A stretch of 64,000 bases of DNA from contig SMSO01000034.1 of the NCBI GenBank assembly GCA_004764695.1, forward strand, positions 1,984,001-2,048,000, written 5' to 3'. Position numbers and translations under genes: made by a program. Below the pieces are notes generated by a model that saw only the letters and a list, made by a program, of their open reading frames with translations, searched no databases and had not been told where the DNA came from. Source of the DNA: Schizochytrium sp. TIO01. Taxonomy: Eukaryota > Protista > Bigyra: Labyrinthulomycetes. Shown piece by piece: positions 63,930-64,000 of this stretch. Position 1 is the first letter of the stretch; every line of letters starts with the position of its first letter.

Positions 63930-64000
63930 CTGTCGATTTGATTGAATGATGGCAAGCAATACATTACACGTTACATATTACAATAGATGCATGCATGCAT
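56560..64000 (-). repeat. Tandem exon-intron array, ~385 bp unit, at least 19 copies, running off the window
   Basis: Near-identical ~300-nt introns whose lengths vary mainly through (CCAT)n and (CAAA)n tracts. Confidence 0.95.
58070..58252. repeat. (CAAA)n microsatellite expansion (~45 units) inside one array intron
   Basis: Other units carry only 2-4 CAAA copies at the same site. Confidence 0.92.

Noticed and set aside
56601-63945. Repeated plus-strand ORFs ([15 protein letters not shown]..., QTNK repeats) and the minus-strand MFCSFVVRK.. ORFs at 17.5-21.1 kb
   Set aside because: Antisense or intronic frames of the LRR arrays; they change frame between units, whereas the 84-nt exons never do.

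Overview
Eukaryotic nuclear DNA. The 18S sequence looks like a thraustochytrid stramenopile (Aurantiochytrium/Schizochytrium-like; judged by eye, not by search), and the window is probably subtelomeric. It holds nested long repeats (~365, ~530 and ~410 bp units, 1-2860), two solitary, non-identical 18S-5.8S-28S units on the minus strand (3940-9456, 41424-46945), two 5S genes, a cluster of five tRNA genes (37.4-40.6 kb), a young Ty1/copia element with identical TA...TA LTRs (49159-54489) and a dispersed ~420 bp repeat family. The main result is invisible in the ORF track. The apparent satellites at 16.9-21.2 kb (~420 bp unit) and 56.6-64 kb (~385 bp unit) are exon-intron arrays: each unit carries one 84-nt, phase-2/phase-2, AG...GT-bounded exon encoding one 28-aa ribonuclease-inhibitor-type leucine-rich repeat. 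Introns and exon cores are nearly identical between units, while the codons for the exposed beta-strand positions are hypervariable. Array 1 splices into a complete 14-exon gene (16664-24393, 1289 aa) encoding LRR x11 - helical region - protein kinase - RING - Rcat-like domain. Array 2 (at least 19 exons, open at the window end) splices to a ~111-aa terminal domain. That domain is shared with a third, older and non-homogenised 15-exon LRR gene (11057-14674, one in-frame TAG). Together these suggest an rDNA-linked, recombination- or splicing-diversified LRR receptor system; the immune-like function is inference.
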